Positions 15,801-29,832 are shown, counted from the first letter of the stretch. The stretch: 64,000 bases of DNA from Hamiltosporidium tvaerminnensis FI-OER-3-3 (GCA_022605425.2 JAKIMF020000005.1:124001-188000); one strand, 5' to 3'. A program made the numbers and translations. Notes: a model not told the origin generated them from the sequence alone.

Positions 15801-18800
15801 AAGGATTTTTTTCTATTAATGAACATTTAAAAATTTACCATGGTTGTATTTTTATATTTTATATGAATTTTGAAACCATGACTCAGATTAAAAATATATT
15901 TTTCAGACATTTTTCATTTCTCTTATGATTTTTTTTGATTATATGAATTGAAGTATTTAAATTTTATATGCATTTAAAACAAGTTGAGAAAAAATTTTAG
16001 CTATATTTAAGTAAATTCCTAAAAAGAAAAGTAAATGAAAAAAGAAATATAGTAAATAGATATTTTCTATGATAAAATATCTTATTTCATAATGCTTTAA
16101 TTTAAGATAGAGACAGTATAAAATTGAAATTTATACTAAATATAAGAATATACGCACCGACTTCTATCATAATACTCTTCGCTTTGCAGATACACAAGCT
16201 TTGCATTTGAAAAACAATTTAAATTCATTCTACTTAAAACTATAGTTGTTTAAAGCAAAATCTTCTTAATATTAAATTGATAATCCAAAATTTAGAGTTT
16301 CAATATGTATATAAATGTCTTTTCTAATAGTGCAAACATAATAGCATATTTAGATGCAATAAAATTATTACTTTGACTAATTAGAAGTACAATCAAATTT
16401 TATTTTATTTTTTGGTTTAAAAATCTAATTTAAGATTCTGTTAACTTTATGCATGTTATCTTTTAGATATCATTTTAGATGAAGTAAATACAATAACTTA
16501 AAAATATTATGTATGCTGAATTAAATCGAAGAATATATTTAAAAACACCAAAAACATTTTTTTTATGTTCTATTACACAAAATTAATTATTAGAGAGAAA
16601 GCAATTTTATGGAATATAATATTACAAGAAAGGTATCATCTTGAGTAAAATTTATTTTAGTAAAATATTTAGCCCAAAGAATCAAATCTAGAATTTTCCT
16701 GCTATAACTTTGAACTAATGAGTCCTTAAGTGAAAAACATAATTGGTTTAATATTCCTTAAAGAAAAAAATATTAAATGTATATAAAAGGCTTTTAAGCG
16801 TTGTAAATATATTTCAGAAGACTTGTAAATGAATAAAACCTAGTGCTATTTATAATATTTATATAAATTTATCACGCAGAAAAAACTTTTGCCACATAAA
16901 TTGAAAATTTTATTATGACAGGATTTTTATTTCAGAAGTTAATCTAAATTTATTTTTAGGTTCATTACTTTCTATCTCTTGTTTGATTAGGTAAAGTAAT
17001 ACAAAATTTATGTGAATGCATGTAAATATTCATGTTGTACTTAGTTTAAAGACAAATTTTACATTTGGAATGTTTTAAATTTTTAGAATTTTATATTTGC
17101 AAAAAATTAAACTAGTTTACACATTATATTTAGTACAAGAAAATCGGTTAAACGGGTTTTAAATTTCTGTTATAAATAAGTTTGGGTTTGTTTTAAAGAA
17201 TATTTTCAAAAAAAAACATAAAAAAGCACTATTTATACAATTACGCCTAATTATAAAACAGAGAATTAGAAGCATTCTATTATTTTACATATTTTGAATT
17301 CGCGTTTATTTTGATAAAAGAGAATCAGAATAATTTGAATTATCTTACATATGATGAATATGCGATGTTCAAATGTTGTATATAAATTCAAAAAAATCGG
17401 CTTAATTTTAAATAACTAAGAATTCTTCTGTAATTCTTAAAATAATAAATGGTTGCCATATAGCTTATGGTAGATATTGACCTTTAGTTCCCTATACATG
17501 GTTCACTAATTTTTTTATTCTGATATTTGAATTTTCTTTTTTGTATTATAAAAGAAATATTATAAAGACATCCATTTTATTTTCGACAAACGTTTTTTGG
17601 AATAGATTCTTTACAAAGTTTTTTGATTTATTTTTCGAAATTCTTCTATGCTAAATATAACGATTTATATTTTTTACAATTTAGCATAAATTTTCAAGTT
17701 ATGGGATAGTTCACGAAAGGAAATTGTATGGTTGAAATTTGGATGTCCAACTTTTAACTTTTGTGAATTTTAGAAAAATATGTAGCAAACTTAAACTTTT
17801 TCAAAGCGTATAGTCTCATTTCTGAATCTAACTAGCATGCTTAATGAAGTATTCATGGATCAAGATTAAATATTTACCTGCCATAGACCTTCATAGAAAT
17901 ATAATGTCTTATTTATGCAATAAATTGTGTAATTAAAAAAACAAAAGTAAATCTAAAATGTCATTTACATATAATTAAGTACTTATTTTTATATTATAGA
18001 GCGAATTTACATAATATTACTAAATAATTTAATAAAATTTTAATATTTTTTTGTCGAAATTGGGCCAAATCCATCGACTTGATGAAGATTTTGGCAGGAT
18101 TTATAACAAAAAAAGATGGTAAATTTGTATAAGCATGCTCGATCCATTAATAAAGTAATGTGATCCTTTGGGTACTTTAGACTTATTTGATGCATATCCT
18201 TTTATATATTGCTTTCTTTCTGTCCCAAAAAACATTAAATTGCAGCATTTATTAGAAATATTTTTAAGTTTTATAATATAGATTTTATATCTCGTTTAAA
18301 AATTTAAATGAATTTATGCTGTTAAAATCATTAATATTATCGCATTTGTACTTTTTTTAGCGACTTGTTGTTCAGGGAATGATATTTCCTTAAACAATTA
18401 AAATTTATTTTTTGTAATTAAAAATCGGTGAATAAAAAGTTTATAGCATATGAATTACACTTTTTAAGGAGCAATTTAATGCGCTTTCAAACTAGACACA
18501 TAGAGCAATAAGCTTTGATTTTTTTTTGTTTGCTTCTTTATTTTTCTTAATTAAGTCAAGCTCGCAAAATTTGTTTTTGGTTTTATGATTGAAGTTACGG
18601 ATTCTATAATATGTTTAACGGATTAGTTTTGAGTTATGCCCGTCTTTCTATATTTTTTCGCGTTTTAAACAGCAGATTTAGAATTTCCTAAGCTCCGGCA
18701 AATTTTAGCTAGATTTTATTCAACTAGAATTTTTTAAATAAAGCCTAATTTTTTTTCTAAATTCTTTACATATTCGACATATAATTTGTTGTAAAATCTC

Positions 18801-19804
18801 TAGAACATGAGGATATTTCTTGTAATAATATTTTCTTCTCGCATTTTTTTAGGTTTTTGATAAGTTTTTATTATAGAAACTTCAATTTGAAACATGTTTA
18901 GATGTACCGAAAAAATAAATTCTTTAAATTTTTGGAGTTTTTTTAAAAAAAAAGATTAAGTTAGCGTCAATTTCTCTATTAGCAAGTTTAAATGCCGGTT
19001 AGGTTTGCCGCATAGATTAAATCTTTGCTTCTATAAACAAGATTCGAGAAATTTTATGGAATGAAAAATACCTAAAATATGTCTTAAATATATATTGGTT
19101 CTGAAAGTCTAATCGTGTAGCCTAGATTCTCTTTAATATTTTATTCAAAAAAAATATCACAAAATATATGTATATATTTAAATTCATATGTGTAAATTTA
19201 TTCAAGAAAGGTAACAAACTTGAAAGGTATACTTTTCATACTTTAGAAATTTTCTGACTAGAAAATTTACTTGTATTATTTAGGAACCTTAAAATGGTAT
19301 AAATATATCCACTTCCATACTTTATTCAGTAGTTTGGTGTTTCATTAACTATCAGATTCGTGCCTTATGTATTTTGGCGAGAAATTTAAAAATGTAAATA
19401 ATATCTTTCATTTTCTTTGTTCATTGGAAGATATAGAAAAAGCAAAAAAACAACACATAACTATAAATTTCTAGCTTAGTTAAAATATATAAAAACTCTA
19501 GTTTCCTTTCGATGCCTAAAAAAGATGCAAATGGATTAAAATTATAATTTGCATATATTCTTGCTATCTTGAATAGGCATACTGTTAGAATCATCGTGTA
19601 ATATCACATTTCTAGTAAATTTATTACTTAGAGTTCTAAAGACACACTTGGCTCAATATATTCCATTTTAGAATACTATTTCGCAAAATAAATCATGTTT
19701 GAGAGGATTTATATAACATCAATTTTTTGTTTTTTAACCAAATTGTCCCTACGAAATTGAATTTTATGCTTGTAACATAGTCCCGTTAGTTACACATTGA
19801 TTCG

Positions 19805-20061
19805 TCTATCTTCTGCAGTAGCTCATGCACGAATCTTGGCGCCTTTAAACCTCCCACCCACCGGTTCTCTCTTTACCCAAGCCAAGTATTTTTCATAATT
19901 TTCAGTCCGGGTTGTTTACTTTTTGGGGTGCGTAACAAAGTGGTTCTAAAGGATGGATGGCTAGTCCCCGTTCAATCCAAACTAGAGGACAAGTCTCTTT
20001 AAGTCGCTTCTTGCGACAAGCATGGAAGACCACGAGCTAGTTCTGCACCCGGCATTGTAGG
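19805..20061 (-). mobile_element. RTE-derived non-autonomous short retroelement, copy B (long subfamily)
   Basis: Same motif order (CGTAACAAAGTGGTTCTAAAGGATGGATGGCTAG, AGTCGCTTCTTGCGACAAGCA, TTCTGCACCCGGCAT) plus an extra internal ~40 bp shared with copy C. Confidence 0.8.
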
Positions 20062-23000
20062 ATTCTAGGTTAAACATAAATGAAGTTTTAAAGTTTACAT
20101 ATGTATTTCTTTTATACATAGATCCTTGCGTTTTTATAAAATGTATATTAATCCCAAATGATGAGCAAAGATGTTTAGATTCGTAATATCTTGTTATAGC
20201 TTTAATAGGGGGACTATGGTGTTAAGAACGCGATTCCAGAATTCCACTAGCTTTGCATTTTGTGCAACTTATAAACTTTCGATTAAAATATATTCCGCCA
20301 CTACATCGGCGCATCTAAATCTTGTTATTTTATAATAGCTTTTGGATTCGAGTCCTCTGGTTTATATTTATAGCTTTCTCAATGGTATGTGTTTATGTAT
20401 CTAGGAGGCGCTTATTCTAATAACTGACTCCGTAGAGTGTTTTCGTACGTTCCAGAGCAAATACATATAGTTTCAATTCGATTAAAAAATTTCTATAGTA
20501 AACTTAATTCTTAGTTTGCGGTTTGTTTCTCGGTTCTTATATCTTTTCGTCGTTTTTTTCGGTTTATCATGTAAAAACCCGAAATGCACGCGGTTTTCAT
20601 CTCATAAAATGGAACTATGAGGTTGTGATACCAATCAAAATTCGTTCTAAGTAGATACGAGGTTAATAAGCATCCAGTTGCAAAAAAAACAGTTTTTATG
20701 ATTAGATTCCTTGGTACAAAAAATTTATTTTTGCATACGTTAATCTTTTTTTTATTGTTTTAAGATGAAAATTTAAATTATAAAAATCTGAAATCACATC
20801 TATAACCCAATGAAGTAAATTCACATTTAAAGATATTTTTTATTAATATCTTCTATTCTTAGAATCTTTCATACGATAAAAGGTCACTTCTTAATTCCAC
20901 AAAGGTGTGTTGTTTATAAAAGTTTTATGATTCAAGTATTTGTTAAAATTTATATTTTTATAAAGTTTTTTAAGTTTTATAGGTAAAAAAATATCCAACC
21001 TGCTGATATCCTTTTTTAAATCAATTTCGTATAAAAATAATCTATAGTATCCAATGAAAATCTTTAGAAACAAAAACAAATACTTGACATGCACCAACAC
21101 ATATATGAATTACGTTGTGTAATTGGTGATATAAACAAGATAACACCCAATATATTTAACTAATTCGTAGAATTAGTATTGGGGCAGAATGGCTTATTAA
21201 GTGTTATGATAAAATTCAATGAAATAAGAATATTTTTATTTAACTTTTTTTAAATTTACTTTGAAAAACTTGATAATATTTTAAACTTAAGAAAACTGCT
21301 TCATTTTGGTTTACAATTTGGTTAATTGTCATTTATAAGATCTATGGAATGTTAAAGCAAATACATTGCACGTTAAATTCTCCGTTATACTTTTAAAAGC
21401 AACTCCTGCATAATCTTTTTAGAGGAAATTAACATTCATTTAAGATTATTTTAGATCAAACCATTAGTGCAGATTTATAATGGCGATTTGGCAATTTAAT
21501 TTTAAATTTTTGTTATATAGCTCTTTTTGAACGCAACATACACTTTTACATTGTAAACCCAAAAATTTTTCTTGGGAATTTGTTCTAAAAAGCATGTCTG
21601 ATGCTTTAAAAGCATACACTTAACTGTTTATTTTTTATTTGAGCATTTATTTAGAATGTTTTGCGTAAGCATAGGCTAAAATTTTATATTTTTTTTACTC
21701 GAAGAGCTTAAGATACAGATATCATAGAAATTTCTATGTTGACAATAATTTGCGGTTGTTTCGTAATTTTTTTCAATATGCAAAATTGTCTAAACAAAAT
21801 TATTAAGAGTAAAGACTTACACAAAACAATATGGTAAAGGTTTAGCATATGCCCAGACAAAGCCTTTAAATAGCTCAATTAACGCCCGCTCTAAATTCAG
21901 ATACAAAGCGATAAGAAAGAACACAAAGGCGTTTTTTGAAAAATTGTTTTGGTATTAAAACATCTTTAATGGTAGAATTCTCGCTGATTTGATACTGGTG
22001 AAATATCTAAGTTATCATATAAAGCATAGCCAATACGAAACGAAATCAACTTTTAAGATTTATCTAACCCCTTCATAAAATAAGACTTTATATATTAAGT
22101 CAGAAAGGGGATTTTTGGCTAGTTTAAATGTATAGTCTAGTAAATACAAATATCAAATGGCGTTTCGTAAATAGTCACAATTTCTAACTATACATCACAT
22201 TTTATATTTAAAAATATGAAAAATATGTTTTGAAAAAAAACTCTTAATTTAATCCATTCAGTTTTCTTAAAAAGTTTATTTGGTCAATCAAATCTTGGGT
22301 TGAAAATTATTTTAACTTTAAATAAATTTTATTCTGAAAATTACAATTGAAGAAATATCAAGTTATATAGGATTGCGCTTGCAAAACGCTACATGCATTT
22401 ACTCTGACTGCAATATATTTAAATCAGAAAATTCAATATATCACATATTTAAATGTTAATTGTATTGGGGTTTAAAATGAATATAAAATCGAATTGTGCT
22501 GTTAGTTAGACTGGTGTTTTGTGTGTGAGTTAGAGAGGTTTAATGCCTTTTGGCAATGAAAAGTTCCGAAAGGTTGTTAAATAAATTGAAATCTTTTTTT
22601 AATATATCGGAATTTATCTAATTCATAACAAAAAACAATTCCAGTATTCAAACAATATATCGACTGTTTCGATAAATAAAAATCAATTGCATGCTTCTAA
22701 AGTATATAATTCTAAAATACACAGGATATGTGAGTTTCTTTTAACTTTCTTTGGTTGTATTCTTTCTTTATAAATGATACATATAATTCTTTATGTCACT
22801 CAACTGCAGTTAGATAATAATAGAAGCCTAAAGCCAGATAGATGTGATTGGGTTATTGAGCTTTTTTATATTCGATAAAATGTTGTATGTTTAATATGCC
22901 ATATTTTCGAATCAAACATTACGATTTGCGAATGTAAAAAAAATGCAAGTTTCTAAACTATTTCCATCACGCTCTTATATTTTGCGTTTTTTTGTAACGT

Positions 23001-24995
23001 AAACTCTGTTGAGAAATGTCTTTTACTCACACTTTCGTGAATCTAAAAATAAAATAAAGAAAAAATGGTATAGTTTAGCATTTTAATTAAAAAATTGAAA
23101 TTACTGCTAAAATTTAATACAATTAAAAATATATAATAAAAAAAGGTATGCTTTTTTCGTATAAACCAAAATAAAAATATATTTCGGTTTAAAGTATTCG
23201 ACTTTTCCGTAATGATCTTTGATTATGTAAGGCTGCGTGAAACTATAAAATAATCTTTCATCTTTTATCGTATGCTTGATTAGGAATATTATGGGATATT
23301 ATGATTTTTACGGGTTCGTTATGCTAAAAATATTATTTATGATATTAGAAACTTATCATTTATTTGGCTTAAAATTAAATATTTCTTTTATGTTTTAAGT
23401 AAAAAAGAAAAAAATCGCTGTTTGTTGCAATTATTGTAAAATCTAAAAAAATATTATACTCGTAGGTTTTAGAATATTTTTTTTAATAATTATCCAAATT
23501 TTTGTAATTTCTAAAAATAATTATTTTTTGTCAAAAAAAACATTTGGAAATAGGAAAGTAGAAGAAAGTCTGCTATTAAAAAGAATCGAAATCTTACACA
23601 CAGGATATCTGCTCAATCAGAAAAAATTAATCCGAATGTAACATCTAAAAGCGTTTATTATATTTATACTTCATTTTACGTTGTAAGCAAATAATGTTGT
23701 ATTTAAATTTGTTTCAAACAAATGTAATTGTGTTAGATATTACACCAATATATGGTTTTAATATACATATGAATTTCAAGAAAAGTTATCGATATGCGTA
23801 AAGAGGTATTTCTTAATTTTTATGCGTATATCAATAATACGTTTTAAAATCACATTCTTCATAATTGGATTTTTAAAACAGATATTTGAGCAAATATCAA
23901 ACGTCAAAAACTAGAAATCGTTCTATTCAAACCCAGAGTGCTTTACATGTAAAAATAAAATTACTTAAAATTTTCGGTAAAGTTCTAGAATTTGGGTTAA
24001 AGCCCAACTTAATATTTTGATTCATTCTAAACCAATATTTTTTAGTTCTCTAAAATATTCTGCAATTCGTATTTAATTTTGCCTTTTAAAAAACAGTCAG
24101 ATATGTTTAATTTCACGAAACCTAAGCAAAAGTGATTTTTTACATTTTAAATTAAATTACACATTACTGAATAAAATTTTGCCATTATATTATTAATGAA
24201 GTAAGCCTCTTAAAATATGAAATTTGCCCAATTATATCTCTTAAATAGAAAAATAAAACCTTTAAAGTGTTTCCCCAAACAAAAAAAGTTTTCCATTTTT
24301 TTCAGCGGTAAGTTCTAAGGTATCATAATCGATTTTAATCAAAATTATTAAGCTTTTAAAGACATAATTATCTCTGAGAAACGATAAACATATAATGCTT
24401 TCGTTCATAATTAGGGTAAGAACAGAATATATGAAATGAAATTCGAATAAAAAATTACAACTCTGACTGGCTAATTTTTACAGACCTATATCTATTTTAA
24501 TAGAAATATATACAACTATTAGATTTGATTTGTTTATTAAAAAAGTTTTTCTATTGGTTAGTCGCATTTTTTTTATCCGTAGTTATTTGAGACTAAAGAG
24601 TAAAAAATTTTTAAGATCTTATTATAAAATCTTAACGGTACACTTGGAAAAAATGGTATAAAGTATATAAATAATTTGTAAATCAAACTTTTTGAATCTA
24701 AAAAAATTAAAATATTTAATGAAAATAAATTAAGTTTATATTAATTTATTTTCAAACTATTTAAATTTGGTGATAAATGAATTTTTAATTTATCATATGT
24801 TTAACTTATATAGTATAATCTTAAATTTAATATAACCTATCTAAGATTTTTATTAAATTGAAATGCGTTTATTTGGATTATTCCTTTCTATATCAAATGT
24901 CTCGAATATTTGATTTCTTATAACAACATTAAAATTAATTTATCATAAAAAAACAAGTTTATAAAAATATAAATAGGAAAAGAACTGCCAAAAAA

Positions 24996-26432
24996 ATGAA
25001 AATAGTATCTGAAAATGTAATGATATTGCTAAACATGGTTTTATATCTCAAAAAATGTTTACTCACGTCAGAACATAGAAAAATAAACACATGTGATGTT
25101 TTACAACATTACAAACGCCAAGGTTGTCATAATAAAAATAGGAAAAGCACTTATTGGAAAAGGTTCTATCTAAAAAAAGAAAACCCAACCGTATTATTGT
25201 ACCCTTTCGTCGAATGTAATGAAGCTATAAACTATTTCGATTCGGAGTCTAGAGAAATATTTTTTGTTCCAATGCTAGTTATGGAAAATTTATCAAATAA
25301 CGAAAAAGCAATCAGAATGCTATCCATTGAAGAATATAAAAAATATTGTAAAAATAATACAATAATAAGTTTTTCATTTAAAGCGCTTAATGATAATATT
25401 TCTCCAGATTATGAACCTTATTGTATGAGTGAAACCGAGGTAAGTGATACTAAAGAAAGTTTAAACTTGTCCCAAATACAATCCGAAAACGAAGTCAGAA
25501 GTGAACTAATACCGGAAGAGAATGCAGATATTAGCCTTGGAAATTCTTTTTTCCGTGCGTCTGCGGCATTAGAGAAAAGGTTTTTGAATATAGATACTAC
25601 ATATGAGGAACACTTTTATAACTCTTCAGAAATAAAAGCCAAGCAGACAAATACTGTAACAATAGCCAAAGAAATAGATATTAATAGTGTAATTGTCGAA
25701 TTTGATCGATCTTGTAAAATTAAATATTTAGTTATGATAAAAAATGGGTGTGGTGTAAATGATCCGATGGATCAATCTAACGCAAATCCGATGACTACGG
25801 ACCTAAAAAAGGATAACCAATTTGAGGATTTAGTTATTCCATTTAAGAAGTTGACATTACAAGATCATCTGTCACGATCAGAGAATCCAGTTTCAATTAA
25901 TGAGTCAAAGAAAATTCTATCAGAAAATCAACTTCCTTGTTCTCCTAAACAAGATTCCCGATCGTATGATCTTCAAAATTCTCATGATTTAGATGATGAT
26001 TTTGTTTCTGATGAGAAAATATCGACTCATGTTAACGAATCTAATAATATTATTTTTGCAGCAAAATATCTAGGCAAAGATCAAAATGAGGACGAAACAA
26101 GCTATTTAGGCTTGCGAAATGTTTCTTCTATTGAAAGTTCAGTTTATAAAAATGCAAATGGAACTACCAACGATATAAAAATATATCCAGAAAGACAGTC
26201 GCTTTTAAATTCCTCAAAATCCGATCCTGAAAAGAGTGATGTTCTGAAACCTGCAATACAAGCAATGGATACAGGCGAAATAGAATTCAGGCATCATAGT
26301 CATAGAAATATTGCTAGTGTAGGTAGAATAGTTGGCGCTTCGGTATCCCAAAAGCCCTCCGATTCCAAAAAGCGAAAAAACCTCGTATTGTTCAAGAGTT
26401 TGTATGAAAGCGAAGACACATCTAGTGACTGA
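24996..26432 (+). CDS. Hypothetical protein, 478 aa; ~140-aa structured-looking N-terminus followed by S/N/D/E-rich low-complexity region
   Basis: 1.4-kb uninterrupted ATG-initiated ORF in very AT-rich DNA; AATAAA at 26441 just after the stop. No recognisable domain. Confidence 0.85.
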   Translation: MKIVSENVMILLNMVLYLKKCLLTSEHRKINTCDVLQHYKRQGCHNKNRKSTYWKRFYLKKENPTVLLYPFVECNEAINYFDSESREIFFVPMLVMENLSNNEKAIRMLSIEEYKKYCKNNTIISFSFKALNDNISPDYEPYCMSETEVSDTKESLNLSQIQSENEVRSELIPEENADISLGNSFFRASAALEKRFLNIDTTYEEHFYNSSEIKAKQTNTVTIAKEIDINSVIVEFDRSCKIKYLVMIKNGCGVNDPMDQSNANPMTTDLKKDNQFEDLVIPFKKLTLQDHLSRSENPVSINESKKILSENQLPCSPKQDSRSYDLQNSHDLDDDFVSDEKISTHVNESNNIIFAAKYLGKDQNEDETSYLGLRNVSSIESSVYKNANGTTNDIKIYPERQSLLNSSKSDPEKSDVLKPAIQAMDTGEIEFRHHSHRNIASVGRIVGASVSQKPSDSKKRKNLVLFKSLYESEDTSSD

Positions 26433-26661
26433 AGTATATTAATAAAGCAATACTGTATGTTTTAGTAAAAATTTATGTTTGTCTTTTTTATACGGTATGC
26501 AAACTTTAAGTTTATTTGTAGAGCCATCCGATAATTTATTTAATACATAAAAAGTAAGCCTTTTTGATTTACAATTTCTAAATACCAAATCTGTTGGGTT
26601 TACAGTTTTATATTATGTGCTGTAAGCGTAAAATAATTTCACTTTAAAAAATCTATTTATA

Positions 26662-26941
26662 TATCCTTGCGCTACAGCCCAGCACGAGCCTGAGCCTTCC
26701 TCGGTAATGTTCCCCACCGGTCTGTTTCCAGATATTGTTTTTTCGATTAACCACACTAGGTACTTTTTTAATTTTCCGTCTGGGTTTAATTACGTTTTTA
26801 GGTTTATAAATATGTTGGTTTTAAATAATGGGTTGTTAGTTCTACTCTAAATCCCCGGCCTGGAAGACCAGTTCTTTTTAATCGCCTCTTACGACAAGCA
26901 GAGAATACTCCAAGACAATTACGTCTTCGGCATGGAAGTGA
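26662..26941 (-). mobile_element. RTE-derived non-autonomous short retroelement, copy C (long subfamily)
   Basis: GCGCTACAGCCCAGCACGAGCCTGAGCC at one end; TGGAAGACCAG, ATCGCCTCTTACGACAAGCAGAGAATACTCC and CGGCATGG at the other; extra internal segment. Confidence 0.85.
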
Positions 26942-29610
26942 ATTGACAGATCTATAGGTATGAGAGCCATGAGATCATTGCTTTATTTTCTAAAAGATTT
27001 TTTTCTATATACGTTTTGTTTGGGAAATATATTCCTTATAAGACACCCTTAGATAAAACTTTAAATTAAGATCGCAATAAAAAACGTTTGAAAAAATTTT
27101 GATTTAAATTTATAACGATAAAGGACATAGATATTTTAAGTTATGCAATTCTAATTTCTTAATAATAGCAACCTAGAAAATAGATAAATAAATCTAAAAA
27201 TATAAGGATTGAATTATAATTAAAAAATAGGAATCTTATATATAATTGTTATAACAAGCCGATCTACACGGTGTCTATATGTCTTTTGTATATACTTTTC
27301 TTGTTGTACATTTTTTATAGAAATTTTTCCTTTATTCTTTTGATTGTATCATTAGGAAATGTAGGAAAATATTGTTCTATTTTGTTAACGATCAAATGTT
27401 GTGAGAGAGATCGCAAATAATGAAATTTTTTTAACATTAACAGAATTTATTTGTGATCTGTTTGGTGGGATTGCTTTTGGCTGATGAGATATACAATATA
27501 AAAAATGCGACAAGAAAGCTCTGAAGTCTAGGAATCGGGAAGAAGACAATTTAATTAAGCGTTTCTTTTAGTTCATTTTATAAATTTAATGTTTTGTCTT
27601 TATATGATAAACTAAAATAGCTATGATTCTTATATTGTTGCAATTTTTCAAATAACGATATAAATGTTTGGATAGTATAAGGTAAAATATTAAAACATAA
27701 TGTAAATTTCAGTAATTTATATTTTCGAAAAACTTTTAAAAGCAAGAAATAACTAGTTGTAATTAAAGGATTAAATAATTAGTAAATTATAGAATTTTGA
27801 AATTTAAAAGTAAACACTCTCAAAAGACCTATGAAAGATTAAAATAGCAATTTTGATTCTTTGTGGTAAACATTATGAGGATAGAATTATACATAATCTA
27901 ATATTGAGTCCCCTAAGGGTAGTTTTTTATATCTATTTTCGTAAATGAAAAACTTAAAATATATATAATTTTGAAATTGCAGAGTAAAAGTTAACAATAA
28001 TAACGATTTATGCGATATATTTATTTTTTTACAGGTATTTTAGACAAATTCTTAAAAAATTGTATTGTTTAAAATATATGCGCTTGAAACAGATACTTTT
28101 TTTGGATTTTTTTGCTAGTTTCGAGAAAAATCTTGTGCCTTAGATAGCTAAGATAGTCATTCTTTATCGCATCGAATGCAGATCTAATGATTTTATTTTT
28201 TGGCATTAATATAAATTATAGTAGGCTTAGCCACAAATAGGTTTTATGCAATTATAACTTTTTTAATAAAATCTGATATCATATATTTCTATTATTAGAA
28301 TACGCATATTGGTACGATTAATATATGAACTAGAACTTAAATTTCCAAAATGTAATCTAAATTTAAATATATTCGTGGGATTCTGCACAAATACAGTGTG
28401 ATACAAAAAATTTAAAAAACTTGAAAAGGCGCTAGAGAGAAGTTTGTACGCATGAATTTGAAAGATTTGGCTTTGTTAACGTGTTGAAAAAAGCACATTT
28501 ATTTAAATTGTGGAAACCCTAATTCTCTATGAAATTTACGGATCACTCCTAAGAGATTTAAAAATTTTAAATAATTAAGTTTATATACATTTTAAACCTG
28601 TAATGCGTGGAAAAATCGAAGAATCTATATTTGATCTTTTGACAACCTCATATTATCATTTTATAATACATATATTTGGAACATCTTTTTCATATTTTTC
28701 GGTAGTTGAAAGTATTAATCTGAACAAAAGAATAAAGTACAAATATTTTTTTCTATAGCAGTTTTCCTATATTGTTCGAAGCTTAGATTATTTGAAACAT
28801 TTTCATTTAAAATTTTTTCGGCCAATAATATGCACCCACCAAAACCTTTTTAAAATAAACTTTCACCTGTGTAAAAATATCGATTACAAATTTTAGAATG
28901 CATCGCTTTAAGCCAATATACGACCAAAATGAAAATTCTGCTGAAATTACGCCTTAAAACATATGTTCACAATCCTATTATGTAAAATGAATAGGATTTT
29001 GGAAGAATTAATGATATAGAGTTAAAAATTTTTGCTTTGATATTTACTTACGAAAAAGTAGGTTTTTGAGTTGGAATACATTTTTGATATTCTGTAAAAG
29101 TTTGAAAAATCGACTTATTGAGAACAATATTCTATGATGGTATAGATCATTCAAAGCTATCAACCCTTTGTGCTATATAATATAAAAAATCAATTATTTG
29201 TCAGGCTTATATTTTCCTTCAAAATAAAAATCTGGATGGTGCTCTGTTTGAAGAAAAACTATTCGTTGCAAAGAATATATCCAAATAGTATTGAATTTCA
29301 AAGAAATGTAGCACAAATAAACAAAAGAAAAGGCAAAACTTATTATATATTCGTGATTTTATAAATCTTTGGTACATAATCAATAATAGAAGAAATTCTA
29401 TTTTTTACTTACAATTTTTAGACATATACATAGATTTATACGTATTTTTCAGCTGCTAATTTTCTTTTTCGGCTTTATATTTTTTTGTATTGTATATTTA
29501 AAAGTATAGAAGATTAGCTTTATTGAAAACTGCAGAGGAAATGTAAGCTTCTAGGAAAGTGCGCAGTATGTTGAGAAACACTGCGAATTGGGCATCTTCT
29601 TAAAAGCATA

Positions 29611-29832
29611 GTCATCGGCACTACAACCCTATACGAGCCTTGGCCGTCTAAGTAATTACATGGCACGGGTCTTCTTTCACTTTATCTACTTTTCAGGATT
29701 TATAACAAGCTGGTTTTAAAGAGTTGATTTTATGCCATACCCTCAATCCAAAACTAAAAGACCAGCTCTTAAATTTGCCTAGTACGACAAGTAGAGACTA
29801 CTCAAAGTCAATTCTGCACCTAGCAAGGTGAG
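29611..29832 (-). mobile_element. RTE-derived non-autonomous short retroelement, copy D, with 8-bp flanking direct repeat
   Basis: GGCACTACAACCC...GAGCCTTGGCCG...TAACAAGCTGGTTTTAAA...TACGACAAG...TTCTGCACC; flanked by AAAGCATA at 29603-29610 and 29833-29840 (putative TSD). Confidence 0.82.

Noticed and set aside
20340-20362. GGATTCGAGTCC, T-loop/B-box-like
   Set aside because: No cloverleaf, acceptor stem or A-box found; no tRNA or rRNA gene was recognised anywhere in the window.
133-21100. Numerous 60-116 aa F/I/K/L-rich ORFs
   Set aside because: Composition mirrors AT-rich background, many have non-ATG starts and none has a recognisable domain; at most pseudogene fragments.
27478-27535. 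CTGATGAG hammerhead core
   Set aside because: No stem II closing onto GAAA and no stem I/III pairing could be built.
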